NCBI GenBank assembly: GCA_030650875.1
Contig: JAUSDK010000229.1
Location: 9,357-73,356 of the forward strand
DNA: 64,000 bases
DNA from: Polaromonas sp.
GTDB taxonomy: Bacteria > Pseudomonadota > Gammaproteobacteria > Burkholderiales > Burkholderiaceae_C
Reading direction: 5' to 3'
Positions 34,532 through 43,666 of the stretch are shown here, one piece after another. The notes beneath the pieces are model-generated. The model had not been told where the DNA came from and ran no database searches. It saw only the letters and a list, made by a program, of their open reading frames with translations. Every line of letters starts with the position of its first letter. Position 1 is the first letter of the stretch. The translations under genes and the position numbers were made by a program.

Positions 34532-35575
34532 ATGACCCAGGCACTGCCCGCTTCCGAGCCTGAACTGGCGCTGCACCCGCTGGTGGTGCGCTATCTGGCG
34601 CATGTGCGGGTTGAAAAACGTCTGGCGCCGCGCACCGTGGCGCTTTATACGCTGGACCTTGAAAAGCTGCAGACGCAAGCCCGGCGCGCCGGCGTGGCGC
34701 TGACCGACGTGGGCCACCTGCAGATCCGGCGCTGGGTGGCGCAAATGCACGGCGCCGGGCGCAGCGGCCGCGGAATTGCGCTGATTTTGTCGGGCTGGCG
34801 CGGGTTCTACACCTGGCTGGGCCGGGAAGGCCTGGTCAGCGGCAACCCGGTGCAAAACGTGCGTGCGCCCAAAGCCCCCAGGCCGCTGCCCAAGGCCTTG
34901 AGCGTGGACGAGGCGGTCCAGCTGGCCAGCTACCAGGCCAAACCCGGCATCGATGCGCCGCAGCTGGAGGCCAGAGACCAGTGCATCACCGAACTGCTTT
35001 ACGGCTGCGGGCTGCGCATTGGCGAACTGGTCGGGCTGGATGTGCGGGCCAGCGCCACGGCGATGGGCTGGATCGACATGGATGATGCGCAGGCTTATGT
35101 GCTGGGCAAGGGCGGCAAGCGGCGCAGCGTGCCGGTCGGCCGTCCGGCGCTTCAGGCCTTGCAGGCCTGGCTGGCGGCGCGCAGCAGCTGGCACCTGACC
35201 AGTAACGGGTCAGTGGCGGCGGGCGGGGACGCGCTTTTCATCAACCAGCGTGGCACCCGGCTCACGCCCCAGCACATTCGGGTGCGACTGAAGCAGCGGT
35301 CCCTGAAGGCGGGGCTGGCTACCCCGGTACACCCGCACATGCTGCGCCACTCGTTTGCCAGCCATGTGCTCCAGTCCAGCGGCAACCTGCGCGCGGTGCA
35401 GGAGCTGCTGGGACACGCCAACATCACCAGCACCCAGGTCTATACGCGGCTTGATTTCCAGCATTTGGCCAAGATCTATGACGCGGCCCATCCGCGCGCC
35501 CTTTCTGCGCGCGCATCGTCTGCCGCCGCAGGCTTGCCCCGCAAGCCTGGAGCCGGCGACACCTCAAAAGACTGA
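34532..35575 (+). CDS. xerC: Tyrosine recombinase XerC
   Basis: LYGCGLR, GKGGK, HPHMLRHSFA, LLGH, TQVYT catalytic residues; synteny. Confidence 0.93.
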   Translation: MTQALPASEPELALHPLVVRYLAHVRVEKRLAPRTVALYTLDLEKLQTQARRAGVALTDVGHLQIRRWVAQMHGAGRSGRGIALILSGWRGFYTWLGREGLVSGNPVQNVRAPKAPRPLPKALSVDEAVQLASYQAKPGIDAPQLEARDQCITELLYGCGLRIGELVGLDVRASATAMGWIDMDDAQAYVLGKGGKRRSVPVGRPALQALQAWLAARSSWHLTSNGSVAAGGDALFINQRGTRLTPQHIRVRLKQRSLKAGLATPVHPHMLRHSFASHVLQSSGNLRAVQELLGHANITSTQVYTRLDFQHLAKIYDAAHPRALSARASSAAAGLPRKPGAGDTSKD

Positions 35576-35905
35576 GTTCGCTGGTTCAGGGGCCAGGCAG
35601 CTTTGGTCTTTTCGCCAGGCTGCTGTTCGGGCTTTGTCAGCAGGCCCTGGGCGTCCGAGTCCTGGAACGGGACCATCCACATTCCACCAGGCTGGCTGTG
35701 GCCAGCGGTGCAGTCCAGCGATGCCGGTGACCTTGGCCTGGGTCAGGGCCGTCAGGGTAATGAAGACAACCTACAAGCCGTAGGCCGGGTCGCGCAGCGA
35801 AATGGCGCTGAGCGCAGACATCAGGGCGGCTGGCTGCTTGCTGGTGTCCAGATCCAGAACGGTGCGGGACCATGCCGTTGAATGAACTAAAGACCCATAG
35901 CCCAT
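35564..35905 (-). pseudogene. Relic of a membrane sensor gene (7TM-DISM-like, possibly a diguanylate cyclase)
   Basis: Frame reads ..LSAISLRDPAYGL*VVFITLTALTQAKVTGIAGLHRWPQPAWWN.. with in-frame TAG at 35771-35773; resembles 7TMR-DISM helices. Confidence 0.55.
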
Positions 35906-36013
35906 CGTGTGAACAAGGAAATGCCTGCAATTATTTGTTTCTAGTTGTCGCAAATTTTTTCTATCCATGGCTAGCAGCTGCTTTGCCCCAAAGCCAGCCG
36001 TGACAATAGACGC

Positions 36014-37309
36014 ATGAAAATAATTCGACTTCGAGACGGTAAAGAGCGTTCCTTGTTGCGTCGCCATCCCTGGATTTTTGATGGCGCCATTGCCAGTGGT
36101 GGAGCAGACGCCGGTGAAACGGTGCGGGTAGAAAGCCACGCGGGCCAGTTTCTGGGTTGGGCCGCTTTCAGTCCCAGCTCAAAAATCCGGGCTCGGGTCT
36201 GGAGCTTTGACGAGTCCCAGCGCATTGATGCTTCTTTTTTTGCAGCGCGCATCGATCAGGCGATAAAGGCCAGGGGGCGTTTTGATATAAAAAGTAACGG
36301 CCTGCGTCTGATTCATGGCGAGTCCGATGGCCTGCCCGGCCTGGTGGTCGACCGCTATGCCGACACGCTGGTGGCACAGTTTTCAAGCTGCGGTACCGAA
36401 AAATGGAAAAGCGTGATCGTTCAGTCGCTGCTGGAACAAACCGGCTTGACGCGGCTGTACGAGCGCTCCGACGCCAGCGTGCGCGCGCTGGAAGGCTTGC
36501 CCGAAGCCACCGGCTGGCTGGCGTACCCAGCCCCCACGCTCCCCGCTGCGCGTGGTTCGCTGCCCCCCGAGGGGGCCGCTGCGCCTGCAGCCCGGCAAAG
36601 CCGGTTCTGCGGCCCTGACTTGGACAGTCCGGCGCTGGGCACGGCTGTCGTCATCACCGAGCACGACTGGAAGCTGAGCCTGGATGTGGCGGAAGGCCAC
36701 AAAACCGGTTTTTACCTGGACCAGCGCGACAGCCGCCAGAAGTTTGCCGCCGCCACGCGCCGCCTGAAGTTTCAAAACGTGCTGAACTGCTACTGCTACA
36801 CGGGCGGCTTCACCGTGGCAGCACTCGCGGGTGGTGCCGGACATGTCACCTCGATTGACTCGTCCGGCCCGGCGATTGAGCGCGCCAAAGCCAATGTCGC
36901 CCTGAATGGCTTTGATGCCAGCCGCACCACCATGCTGGACGCTGATGTCAACGCGATGCTGCGCCAGTACCAGCGGGAAGGCAAAACCTTTGACGCCATC
37001 GTGCTGGACCCGCCCAAGTTCGCGCCCACCGTCAAGCACGCCGAGCGCGCAGCCCGCGCCTACAAGGACATCAACCGGCTGGCGCTGGCCATTTTGGCGC
37101 CGGGCGGCGTGCTGTTCACCTATTCGTGCTCGGGCGGCATCAGCGCCGACTTGTTTCACAAAATCGTGGCGTCGGCCGGCACCGATGCGGGCGTGGACGC
37201 CTTTATCACCGAACGCATGGGCGGCGCGCCCGATCACCCCATGACGATTGCCTTTCCAGAAGGCGAATACCTCAAGGGCCTGGTGCTGGTCAAACGCCCG
37301 GCAGGGTGA
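36014..37309 (+). CDS. rlmI: Class I SAM-dependent rRNA methyltransferase (RlmI-like)
   Basis: PUA-like RRHPWIF, GESDGLPG, GHKTGFYLDQR, LDPPKF, SCS, EGEYLK. Confidence 0.9.
   Translation: MKIIRLRDGKERSLLRRHPWIFDGAIASGGADAGETVRVESHAGQFLGWAAFSPSSKIRARVWSFDESQRIDASFFAARIDQAIKARGRFDIKSNGLRLIHGESDGLPGLVVDRYADTLVAQFSSCGTEKWKSVIVQSLLEQTGLTRLYERSDASVRALEGLPEATGWLAYPAPTLPAARGSLPPEGAAAPAARQSRFCGPDLDSPALGTAVVITEHDWKLSLDVAEGHKTGFYLDQRDSRQKFAAATRRLKFQNVLNCYCYTGGFTVAALAGGAGHVTSIDSSGPAIERAKANVALNGFDASRTTMLDADVNAMLRQYQREGKTFDAIVLDPPKFAPTVKHAERAARAYKDINRLALAILAPGGVLFTYSCSGGISADLFHKIVASAGTDAGVDAFITERMGGAPDHPMTIAFPEGEYLKGLVLVKRPAG
36230..36282 (-). repeat. Copy of dispersed 53-bp bipartite motif (inside rlmI)
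   Basis: Reverse complement reads AAACGCCCCCTGGCCT-N20-GCTGCAAAAAAAGAAGC. Confidence 0.6.
36531..36616. repeat. In-frame multi-hairpin (REP/RPE-like) insertion within rlmI
   Basis: Stems CCACGC/GCGTGG, GCCCCC/GGGGGC, CCGGC-AAA-GCCGG; encodes the extra peptide PTLPAARGSLPPEGAAAPAARQSRFCGP. Confidence 0.7.
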
Positions 37310-37401
37310 GTGCGTCCAGCCCGCAGGCTGCGCTTGCCCATGCCGGCCCAAGGACTTGACCGCACCGCTAAACTTGCCACTCCGTTTTTTAGGAAAACAC
37401 C

Positions 37402-38460
37402 ATGAGCTTGATTCCTGTCACCATCCTCACGGGCTTTCTCGGCTCGGGCAAAACCACGCTGCTCAAGCGCGTGCTGACCGAGGCCCACGGCCAGAAGATT
37501 GCCGTCATCGAAAACGAGTTTGGCGAGGAAAACATCGACAACGAAATCCTCGTCAATGACACCGAGGAAACCATCATCCAGATGAACAACGGCTGCATTT
37601 GCTGCTCCATTCGCGAAGATCTGCGCGAAACGCTGCAGTTGCTGGCCGCCAAAAAGCGCAAGGGGCTGCTGGACTTTGACCGCGTGGTGATTGAAACCAC
37701 CGGCCTGGCCGACCCGGGCCCCGTGGCGCAGACTTTTTTCATGGATGAAGAAATTGCCGAGCAGTATTTGCTGGACTCGATCTTGACCCTGGTGGATGCC
37801 AAACACGCCGAAACCCAGCTCAACGAGCGCCAGGAAGCGCGCCGCCAAGTGGGGTTTGCCGACCAGATATTCATCAGCAAAACCGACCTGGTGGCCGAGG
37901 GCGAGGTCCAGGCGCTGATGCACCGCCTGAAGCAGATGAACCCGCGCGCGCCGCAAAAAGCGGTGCATTTTGGTGAAGTGGCGATTGCCGATGTGTTTGA
38001 CCTGCGCGGCTTTAACCTCAACGCCAAGCTCGACATCGACCCCGAGTTTCTCAAGGCCGACGCGCCTGAGTCCCATGACCACCACGACCATGATCACGTG
38101 CATGGCGAGCCGTGTGACCATCCATCCCATGCTGGCGGGCAGGGCCACCATCACCACCACGATGATGACGTCAAGAGCTTTGTGTTTCGCTCGGACAAGC
38201 CCTTCAGTCCGGCCAAGCTCGAAGACTTCCTGGGCGCGGTGGTGAATATTTACGGCCCGCGCATGCTGCGCTACAAGGGCGTGCTGAACATGGAAGGAAC
38301 TGATCGCAAGGTTATTTTTCAGGGTGTGCATCAGCTCATGGGCAGCGACTTGGGTCCGGCCTGGGCCGCAGGCGAGGAAAAAACCAGCAAGATGGTCTTC
38401 ATCGGGATTGATTTGCCCAAAGATATTTTTGTGCAGGGTCTGGAGCAGTGCCTGGTTTGA
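37402..38460 (+). CDS. COG0523/CobW-family G3E GTPase (metallochaperone)
   Basis: GFLGSGKT, ENEFG, GCICC, ETTG, SKTD, His-rich loop, CobW_C domain. Confidence 0.93.
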   Translation: MSLIPVTILTGFLGSGKTTLLKRVLTEAHGQKIAVIENEFGEENIDNEILVNDTEETIIQMNNGCICCSIREDLRETLQLLAAKKRKGLLDFDRVVIETTGLADPGPVAQTFFMDEEIAEQYLLDSILTLVDAKHAETQLNERQEARRQVGFADQIFISKTDLVAEGEVQALMHRLKQMNPRAPQKAVHFGEVAIADVFDLRGFNLNAKLDIDPEFLKADAPESHDHHDHDHVHGEPCDHPSHAGGQGHHHHHDDDVKSFVFRSDKPFSPAKLEDFLGAVVNIYGPRMLRYKGVLNMEGTDRKVIFQGVHQLMGSDLGPAWAAGEEKTSKMVFIGIDLPKDIFVQGLEQCLV

Positions 38461-38804
38461 GGTAGGCTGTGCGCCTAAACAAAAAAAGTGGGAGATTTCA
38501 TGGGTATTCCGATTCTCCAGCGGATTGCGGTCGGTCCGTCGCGTCGCAAGGGCAAGCCGCTACAATCGCGCGCCGACCACAATACCCGGAAAGCCGATTC
38601 GGGAGTGCTTGCAATCCAGGAACAAGCCCACAAATTCATGCGCTGCGTCACGACGACTGAATTGGGCTTGGGCGATGGCAGGCGGCAGACCGACCAGGAA
38701 ATCTGGCCTCAGCTAGGATCGAATTGCTTGACCGCAGTTCGGTCAGGGAGTTGCCGAAAGAGCCCGAGGGCCATTTTTCGGCGGCTTCCCGAAGGAGACA
38801 CCTT

Positions 38805-39695
38805 GTGAACGCTCAACCGAAGAAGACCCAGGCGCCAGCCCAGGCTACTGCCAAATCCGCCGTGAAAGTCCAACCAGCGTCCAAAGCCGCCATCAATACC
38901 GTGAAAACAGCAGCCAAATCCAGCCAGCCAGCCAGCCAGGTCGAGTCCCAGAAAACATCAGCGCTGGCGGCGCCCAAAAAAGCGGTGTCTGCCAAGCCGG
39001 CGGCCCCCATCAGCAAGGCGGCGGTCAGCCCTAAGGTGCTGCCGTCCGCTGCGCCAGCCAAGGCTTCGGGACTCAAGACCCCGGTGCCACTGAAGCCCGG
39101 GCGAAGGAGTTCGGCCCGGGTTGCTATTCCATCACCCCCGAACGCACCGATGGTGCCAACCCATGCGCCAGACGCAGCCAAAGCCAGCTACTCCACAATG
39201 ACCGAACGTTTGATCGCTCCGCCCATTCAGGCGGCTGCCAAGAAAGACCCCAAGCTTGCCAACAACTGGAAGACCAAACCCGGTGACCAGTTGACCGACG
39301 AGGAAATCAGGGCCATGCCTGATTCCGAGTACATGAACGACAAACAGCTGGCATTTTTTCGCCACAAGCTGTCGGTGCTCAAGCAGGAGATCCACAACAG
39401 TGCCGGTGCCACCACTGAACATCTGCGGGAGGATGCCGCCGTGGTGCCCGACCCGGCAGACCGCGCCACCATTGAGGAAGAGCACGCCCTTGAACTGCGT
39501 ACCCGCGACCGCGAACGCAAGTTGCTCAAGAAGATTGAGCAGTCGATTGCCCGCATTGATTCTGGCGACTATGGATACTGTGATGAAACCGGTGAGCCGA
39601 TTGGTGTCGGCCGCCTGATTGCCCGTCCGACTGCCAATTTGTCGCTGGAAGCGCAGCAGCGCCGCGAGATCAAACAGAAAATGTTTGGTGATTGA
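38805..39695 (+). CDS. dksA: RNA polymerase-binding protein DksA with long N-terminal Ala/Lys/Pro extension
   Basis: EYMNDKQL, PDPADRATIEEE coiled-coil tip, RDRERKLLKKI, YGYCDETGEPIG..RP; GTG start after AAGGAG. Confidence 0.93.
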   Translation: MNAQPKKTQAPAQATAKSAVKVQPASKAAINTVKTAAKSSQPASQVESQKTSALAAPKKAVSAKPAAPISKAAVSPKVLPSAAPAKASGLKTPVPLKPGRRSSARVAIPSPPNAPMVPTHAPDAAKASYSTMTERLIAPPIQAAAKKDPKLANNWKTKPGDQLTDEEIRAMPDSEYMNDKQLAFFRHKLSVLKQEIHNSAGATTEHLREDAAVVPDPADRATIEEEHALELRTRDRERKLLKKIEQSIARIDSGDYGYCDETGEPIGVGRLIARPTANLSLEAQQRREIKQKMFGD

Positions 39696-39734
39696 CTGAT
39701 AGCCATCTAACCAGAGCTTATTTCCTACGCTGCC

Positions 39735-41483
39735 ATGTCCAAAGACGATACCATTTCAGGTCTTCTATCCAAGATGGTCAAGTTCGTGCGCAACCCGGCC
39801 GCGAAATGGGCGGACCCGGACACTGTGCAAGCGGAGGGGGATGATTCGGTTGACAAGCAACTGCTCAAGGAGATGATTGAACGCAAGCGCCGCAATGATT
39901 TTGTGCGCAAGCGTGAGTTCGACATGTTGCGCAAGCTGGGACAGCGCGGTGCCATGGTGGGCGTAGACCAGGATCCCGCCGGCAGACCTTCCTTTTTCCA
40001 GAGCAGCATGCACTCCAAGCCCGATGATCGCGCGGGCACGATCAAGAAGATCGATGAGATTGAGGCGCAGATGTCCATGCAGTGGTGGAAGGCCAAGACC
40101 TTCGAGCCATCGGGCAACTCGGATGATTCGCTGCTGCCATCGGAAGACAGGGTGGCCGAGGTCCCGGCTCCGCTCCTTGAAAACGCGCTTCCCCTGGTTT
40201 CTGGGCCCACCATTCCATCAGGTTTTCCGACAAGTAGTTTGGCAGGGGCTGCAGCTGCCTTGAGGTCGGTTCCGGCGAAAGTCAGTGCCAAGGTGGCTTC
40301 GGCCGGCCAGGCGAGCAGCTTCGGCAGCACTTTATCGGGCTTCGCGGCTTCCCGTTCCGTGGCCGTGGATTTTCGGGAAGTCGTGGTGCATGACGCGGAT
40401 CTTGAAGATGTGGCCATTCGCTTTGCCAACGGTGACTCGGCTGGCGCAGAAGCCGGGCTGCTTGAACTCCTGGCGCCAGCCGGCGCGCGCGCAGGGGATG
40501 CCGAGCCCTGGCTGATGCTGTTTGATCTATACCGTGCGATCGGGTCGCAGGAGAAATTTGAGTCGGTTGCCATTGAGTTCGTCGGGCGTTTTGACCGCTC
40601 CGCGCCGCAGTGGCTTTCGATGCTGGAGGCGCCGAAAGCGAATGGTGATCCTGTGCGCAAGCTTGGCAATGGGCCTGCTGTAGATTGGGTGAGTCCGCCT
40701 GTGATGGGGACCCAGACCGTCGCAGCGCTCACGGCGGCAATGGCCAAAGCGCCCACCCCATGGCGTCTGGACTGGAGTCGTCTTAAAATCATCGAAGCAG
40801 CCGCTGTTGAACCTTTGGCCATGGTGTTCAGCAGTTGGGCGTCCCAGCCGGTTCAACTCCAATTCATGGGCGATGCGCAGTTGCAAAAAGTGCTGCAAGA
40901 TGCCACGCCTTCAGGCCTGCGTGAAACTGCACCCAGTTGGTGGAAGCTGCGCATGGAAGCGCTACGCGTCACGAATCTGCCCGAAGAGTTTGAATTGGTA
41001 GCGCTCGATTTCTGCGTCACCTATGAAGTGTCTCCGCCTGCCTGGAGTCGCGCACGCTGCGTGTACAAGCCGCTTGATGCGCAGGGCGACGTCATAGGCG
41101 GGAAAACCATCATTGGTGACATTTATGGTGACTCGGTGTACTCGAGCTTTGGTGTGATGGACGGAGGGAGTTACTTTGATACCCAGAGCACCCAGCCCTA
41201 CAGTCGTTCTACTGTCGAGCTGTCTGGGGCGATTGAGGGCGACGCGGTCGCAGTGCTGAACATGCTGGAAGAAAGTCTTGCGGGTGCCGACAAGATGCTT
41301 GTTTCCTGCACCAAGCTGATTCGAGTTGATTTTTCGGCGGCAGGAATGCTTTTGAACTGGGTGTCCGCGTGCGAGGCAGAAATGCGACCGGTGCAGTTCG
41401 TGGGCGTCAACCGACTGGTGGCGGCCTTCTTTAACGTGATCGGGATTTCGGAGCATGCAAGCGTGCTGGTTCGATCCGACTGA
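39735..41483 (+). CDS. STAS-domain-containing protein of unknown function
   Basis: C-terminal LIRVDFSAAGMLLNWV..VNRLVAAFFNVIGI STAS-like motif; conserved-looking ERKRRNDFVRKREFDMLRK N-terminus. Confidence 0.75.
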   Translation: MSKDDTISGLLSKMVKFVRNPAAKWADPDTVQAEGDDSVDKQLLKEMIERKRRNDFVRKREFDMLRKLGQRGAMVGVDQDPAGRPSFFQSSMHSKPDDRAGTIKKIDEIEAQMSMQWWKAKTFEPSGNSDDSLLPSEDRVAEVPAPLLENALPLVSGPTIPSGFPTSSLAGAAAALRSVPAKVSAKVASAGQASSFGSTLSGFAASRSVAVDFREVVVHDADLEDVAIRFANGDSAGAEAGLLELLAPAGARAGDAEPWLMLFDLYRAIGSQEKFESVAIEFVGRFDRSAPQWLSMLEAPKANGDPVRKLGNGPAVDWVSPPVMGTQTVAALTAAMAKAPTPWRLDWSRLKIIEAAAVEPLAMVFSSWASQPVQLQFMGDAQLQKVLQDATPSGLRETAPSWWKLRMEALRVTNLPEEFELVALDFCVTYEVSPPAWSRARCVYKPLDAQGDVIGGKTIIGDIYGDSVYSSFGVMDGGSYFDTQSTQPYSRSTVELSGAIEGDAVAVLNMLEESLAGADKMLVSCTKLIRVDFSAAGMLLNWVSACEAEMRPVQFVGVNRLVAAFFNVIGISEHASVLVRSD

Positions 41484-41849
41484 TGTCTGCGGGATTTTTG
41501 CCGCAGTCCTGATCGTGTAGTCTCCCTTGGCACAGCCCTTGCGGGACACAATCTCCAAACAATGACGGCCGCGTGCTGCAGCATCTGGTAAGGCTTGATT
41601 GCGCTAATGTTTATAGCGTTCAGGGCCTTCCTTGCCGGGTTCGGTACGATTTTTTAAAATTCGTAGTCATCTGGTGGAGATGCAAAAACTCCGCTATCGC
41701 CGGGCAAGGCGTGACACCTTCAAATCTCGGCAGGCCTTTCGAGTTGACGGCGGTCTTAAGTGCGCCAGCTTAAAGATCTACCTTCATTGCTTGCGCTAAG
41801 TGCTTAATTCTGAACGAATTTTATTTCAAATTCAATTTTCAGGGGGCGG

Positions 41850-41866
41850 CATAAGTCCTTGATTTC
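41850..41866 (-). promoter_or_regulatory. IHF-like site upstream of dcw promoter
   Basis: Minus strand AATCAAGGACTTA matches WATCAA-N4-TTR. Confidence 0.4.
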
Positions 41867-41891
41867 ATTGAAAAAATTTGTTGCATATCTC

Positions 41892-41951
41892 TTGCTTGCG
41901 GAAAACTTCCTGATAAAGTGGGAGAAAGTGCAATTTGGTGGTGAAAAGTGT
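41892..41951 (+). promoter_or_regulatory. dcw promoter and MraZ-box repeats
   Basis: TTGCTT-N16-TAAAGT with TGn extension; GTG(G) boxes at 41918, 41928, 41938, 41948 (10-bp period). Confidence 0.7.
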
Positions 41952-41970
41952 TTTTCAAGGGTCTTAAACG

Positions 41971-42399
41971 GTGTTTCAGGGTGCGTCATCTTTAGTTCTC
42001 GATGCCAAGGGTCGGCTTTCTGTGCCAACCCGGTACCGTGACGTGCTGAGCGCAACCGCTTCCAGTCAGCTCACCCTCACCAAACATCCGCATGGCTGCC
42101 TCATGATTTTTCCACGCAATGAATGGGAGAAATTTCGCGAACGCATCGCTTCCCTGCCTATGCAGGCGCAGTGGTGGAAGCGAATTTTTTTGGGCAATGC
42201 CATGGATGTAGATATGGATGCGAGCGGCCGGGTGTTGGTGTCCCCTGAATTGCGTGCAGGTGCCGGGATCATCAAAGACACGATGCTGCTGGGCATGGGC
42301 AGTTATTTTGAGCTCTGGGATGCTGCCACTTACGCAGCTCAGGAGGCCGAGCAGATGAAGCTGGAGATGCCTGATGTCTTTAAAGATTTTTCTTTTTGA
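41971..42399 (+). CDS. mraZ: Division/cell wall cluster repressor MraZ
   Basis: DAKGR and DASGR repeats, FELWD. Confidence 0.96.
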   Translation: MFQGASSLVLDAKGRLSVPTRYRDVLSATASSQLTLTKHPHGCLMIFPRNEWEKFRERIASLPMQAQWWKRIFLGNAMDVDMDASGRVLVSPELRAGAGIIKDTMLLGMGSYFELWDAATYAAQEAEQMKLEMPDVFKDFSF

Positions 42400-42408
42400 A
42401 AGTAGGCG

Positions 42409-43326
42409 GTGAACGGCACATGGATACACCGAACTGTCTTGTTGAATGAAGCCATCGAAGCGCTTCATCTCAACCCGGATGGTCATTACATCGACGCGAC
42501 TTTTGGTCGTGGCGGGCACTCCCGCCTGATTCTGTCAGTGCTGTCGGAGCGCGGGCGCCTGACGGCCATCGACAAGGATCTGGATGCGATTGCGGAGGCG
42601 AAAACCATCGCTGACTCCCGCTTCTCAATACGCCACGAGGGATTCATGCACCTGGGCCAGATGCCTGCGGCGAGTGCCGCGGGGGTACTGATGGACCTGG
42701 GGGTGAGTTCGCCCCAGATCGACAATCCGGCGCGCGGTTTTTCTTTCCGGCAAGAAGGTCCGCTCGACATGCGCATGGACACCACGCGCGGCCAGAGCGT
42801 GGCCGACTGGCTGGCCGACGCCTCCATAGAAACCATGACGGAGGTGATTCGTGACTATGGCGAAGAACGGTTTGCTGGGCAGATTGCAAAGGCGATTGAT
42901 CGTCGCCGGCAGGAACAGGGACCTCTTCAAACAACCGCCGAGCTGGCCGAAGTCGTGGCAGGTGCGGTCAAAACCCGCGAGCCGGGCAAGGACCCCGCAA
43001 CCCGCACCTTTCAGGCTCTTCGGATTTTCATCAATGCCGAGCTTGAGGAGTTGCAGCAGGCGCTGGAAGCGTCATTGAAAGTGCTGCAGCCGGGTGGACG
43101 ACTGGTGGTGATCAGCTTCCATTCGCTGGAAGACCGCATCGTCAAGCAGTTCATTGCCGGGCATTCGCGCGAGGTGTATGACCGCCGCGCCCCATTTGCA
43201 GCGCCTAAAGCCATGAAGCTCAAGGCCTTGGGGCGCATCAAGCCCAGCGCAGAAGAAGTGGCTGGCAATCCGCGTTCGCGCAGCGCTGTGATGCGGGTGG
43301 CAGAGCGCACGGAGGTGGAGGCATGA
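42409..43326 (+). CDS. rsmH: 16S rRNA m4C1402 methyltransferase
   Basis: [34 protein letters not shown]. Confidence 0.97.
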   Translation: MNGTWIHRTVLLNEAIEALHLNPDGHYIDATFGRGGHSRLILSVLSERGRLTAIDKDLDAIAEAKTIADSRFSIRHEGFMHLGQMPAASAAGVLMDLGVSSPQIDNPARGFSFRQEGPLDMRMDTTRGQSVADWLADASIETMTEVIRDYGEERFAGQIAKAIDRRRQEQGPLQTTAELAEVVAGAVKTREPGKDPATRTFQALRIFINAELEELQQALEASLKVLQPGGRLVVISFHSLEDRIVKQFIAGHSREVYDRRAPFAAPKAMKLKALGRIKPSAEEVAGNPRSRSAVMRVAERTEVEA

Positions 43327-43366
43327 ACGTCTCCAGGCTGCAGTGGACCGGCACAAAGGGTGGCGA

Positions 43367-43666
43367 ATGGCGCGTCTGAATTTGATCCTCCTGGTGGCGG
43401 TGCTGGCCAGTGCGCTGTATTTGGTGCATACGCGGTACGAGTCACGTCGTCTCTATGTCGAACTGGAAAAAGCAGCCTCACAGCGCCGTAAGCTGGAAAC
43501 GGAGAATGAACGCCTGGCGGTGGAAAAGCGCGCCCAGGCGACGCCGCTGCGGATCGAAAAGCTTGCCAAGGATCGTTTGCGTATGCGCACGGCAACGCCT
43601 GCCATCACGCAGTACGTGCACTACAAGGATGCTGCGGTAGCGGACGGGGGCACGCGGCATGAGTAA
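43367..43666 (+). CDS. ftsL: Cell division protein FtsL
   Basis: TM helix plus leucine-zipper coil; position between rsmH and ftsI. Confidence 0.9.
   Translation: MARLNLILLVAVLASALYLVHTRYESRRLYVELEKAASQRRKLETENERLAVEKRAQATPLRIEKLAKDRLRMRTATPAITQYVHYKDAAVADGGTRHE

Noticed and set aside
34532-35575. Tyrosine recombinase as a possible phage/island integrase
   Set aside because: dapF-DUF484-xerC synteny and sequence identify housekeeping XerC; no att sites or cargo.
35771-35773. In-frame TAG as a pyrrolysine/readthrough site
   Set aside because: Sits in a short, apparently deleted relic; no pyl genes here; a nonsense mutation is simpler.
38070-38165. CAC/CAT/GAC-rich repeat-like stretch
   Set aside because: Encodes the His-rich loop typical of COG0523 GTPases.
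41918-41951. 10-bp periodic GTG repeats
   Set aside because: Explained as known MraZ binding boxes; listed as a feature, not novel.
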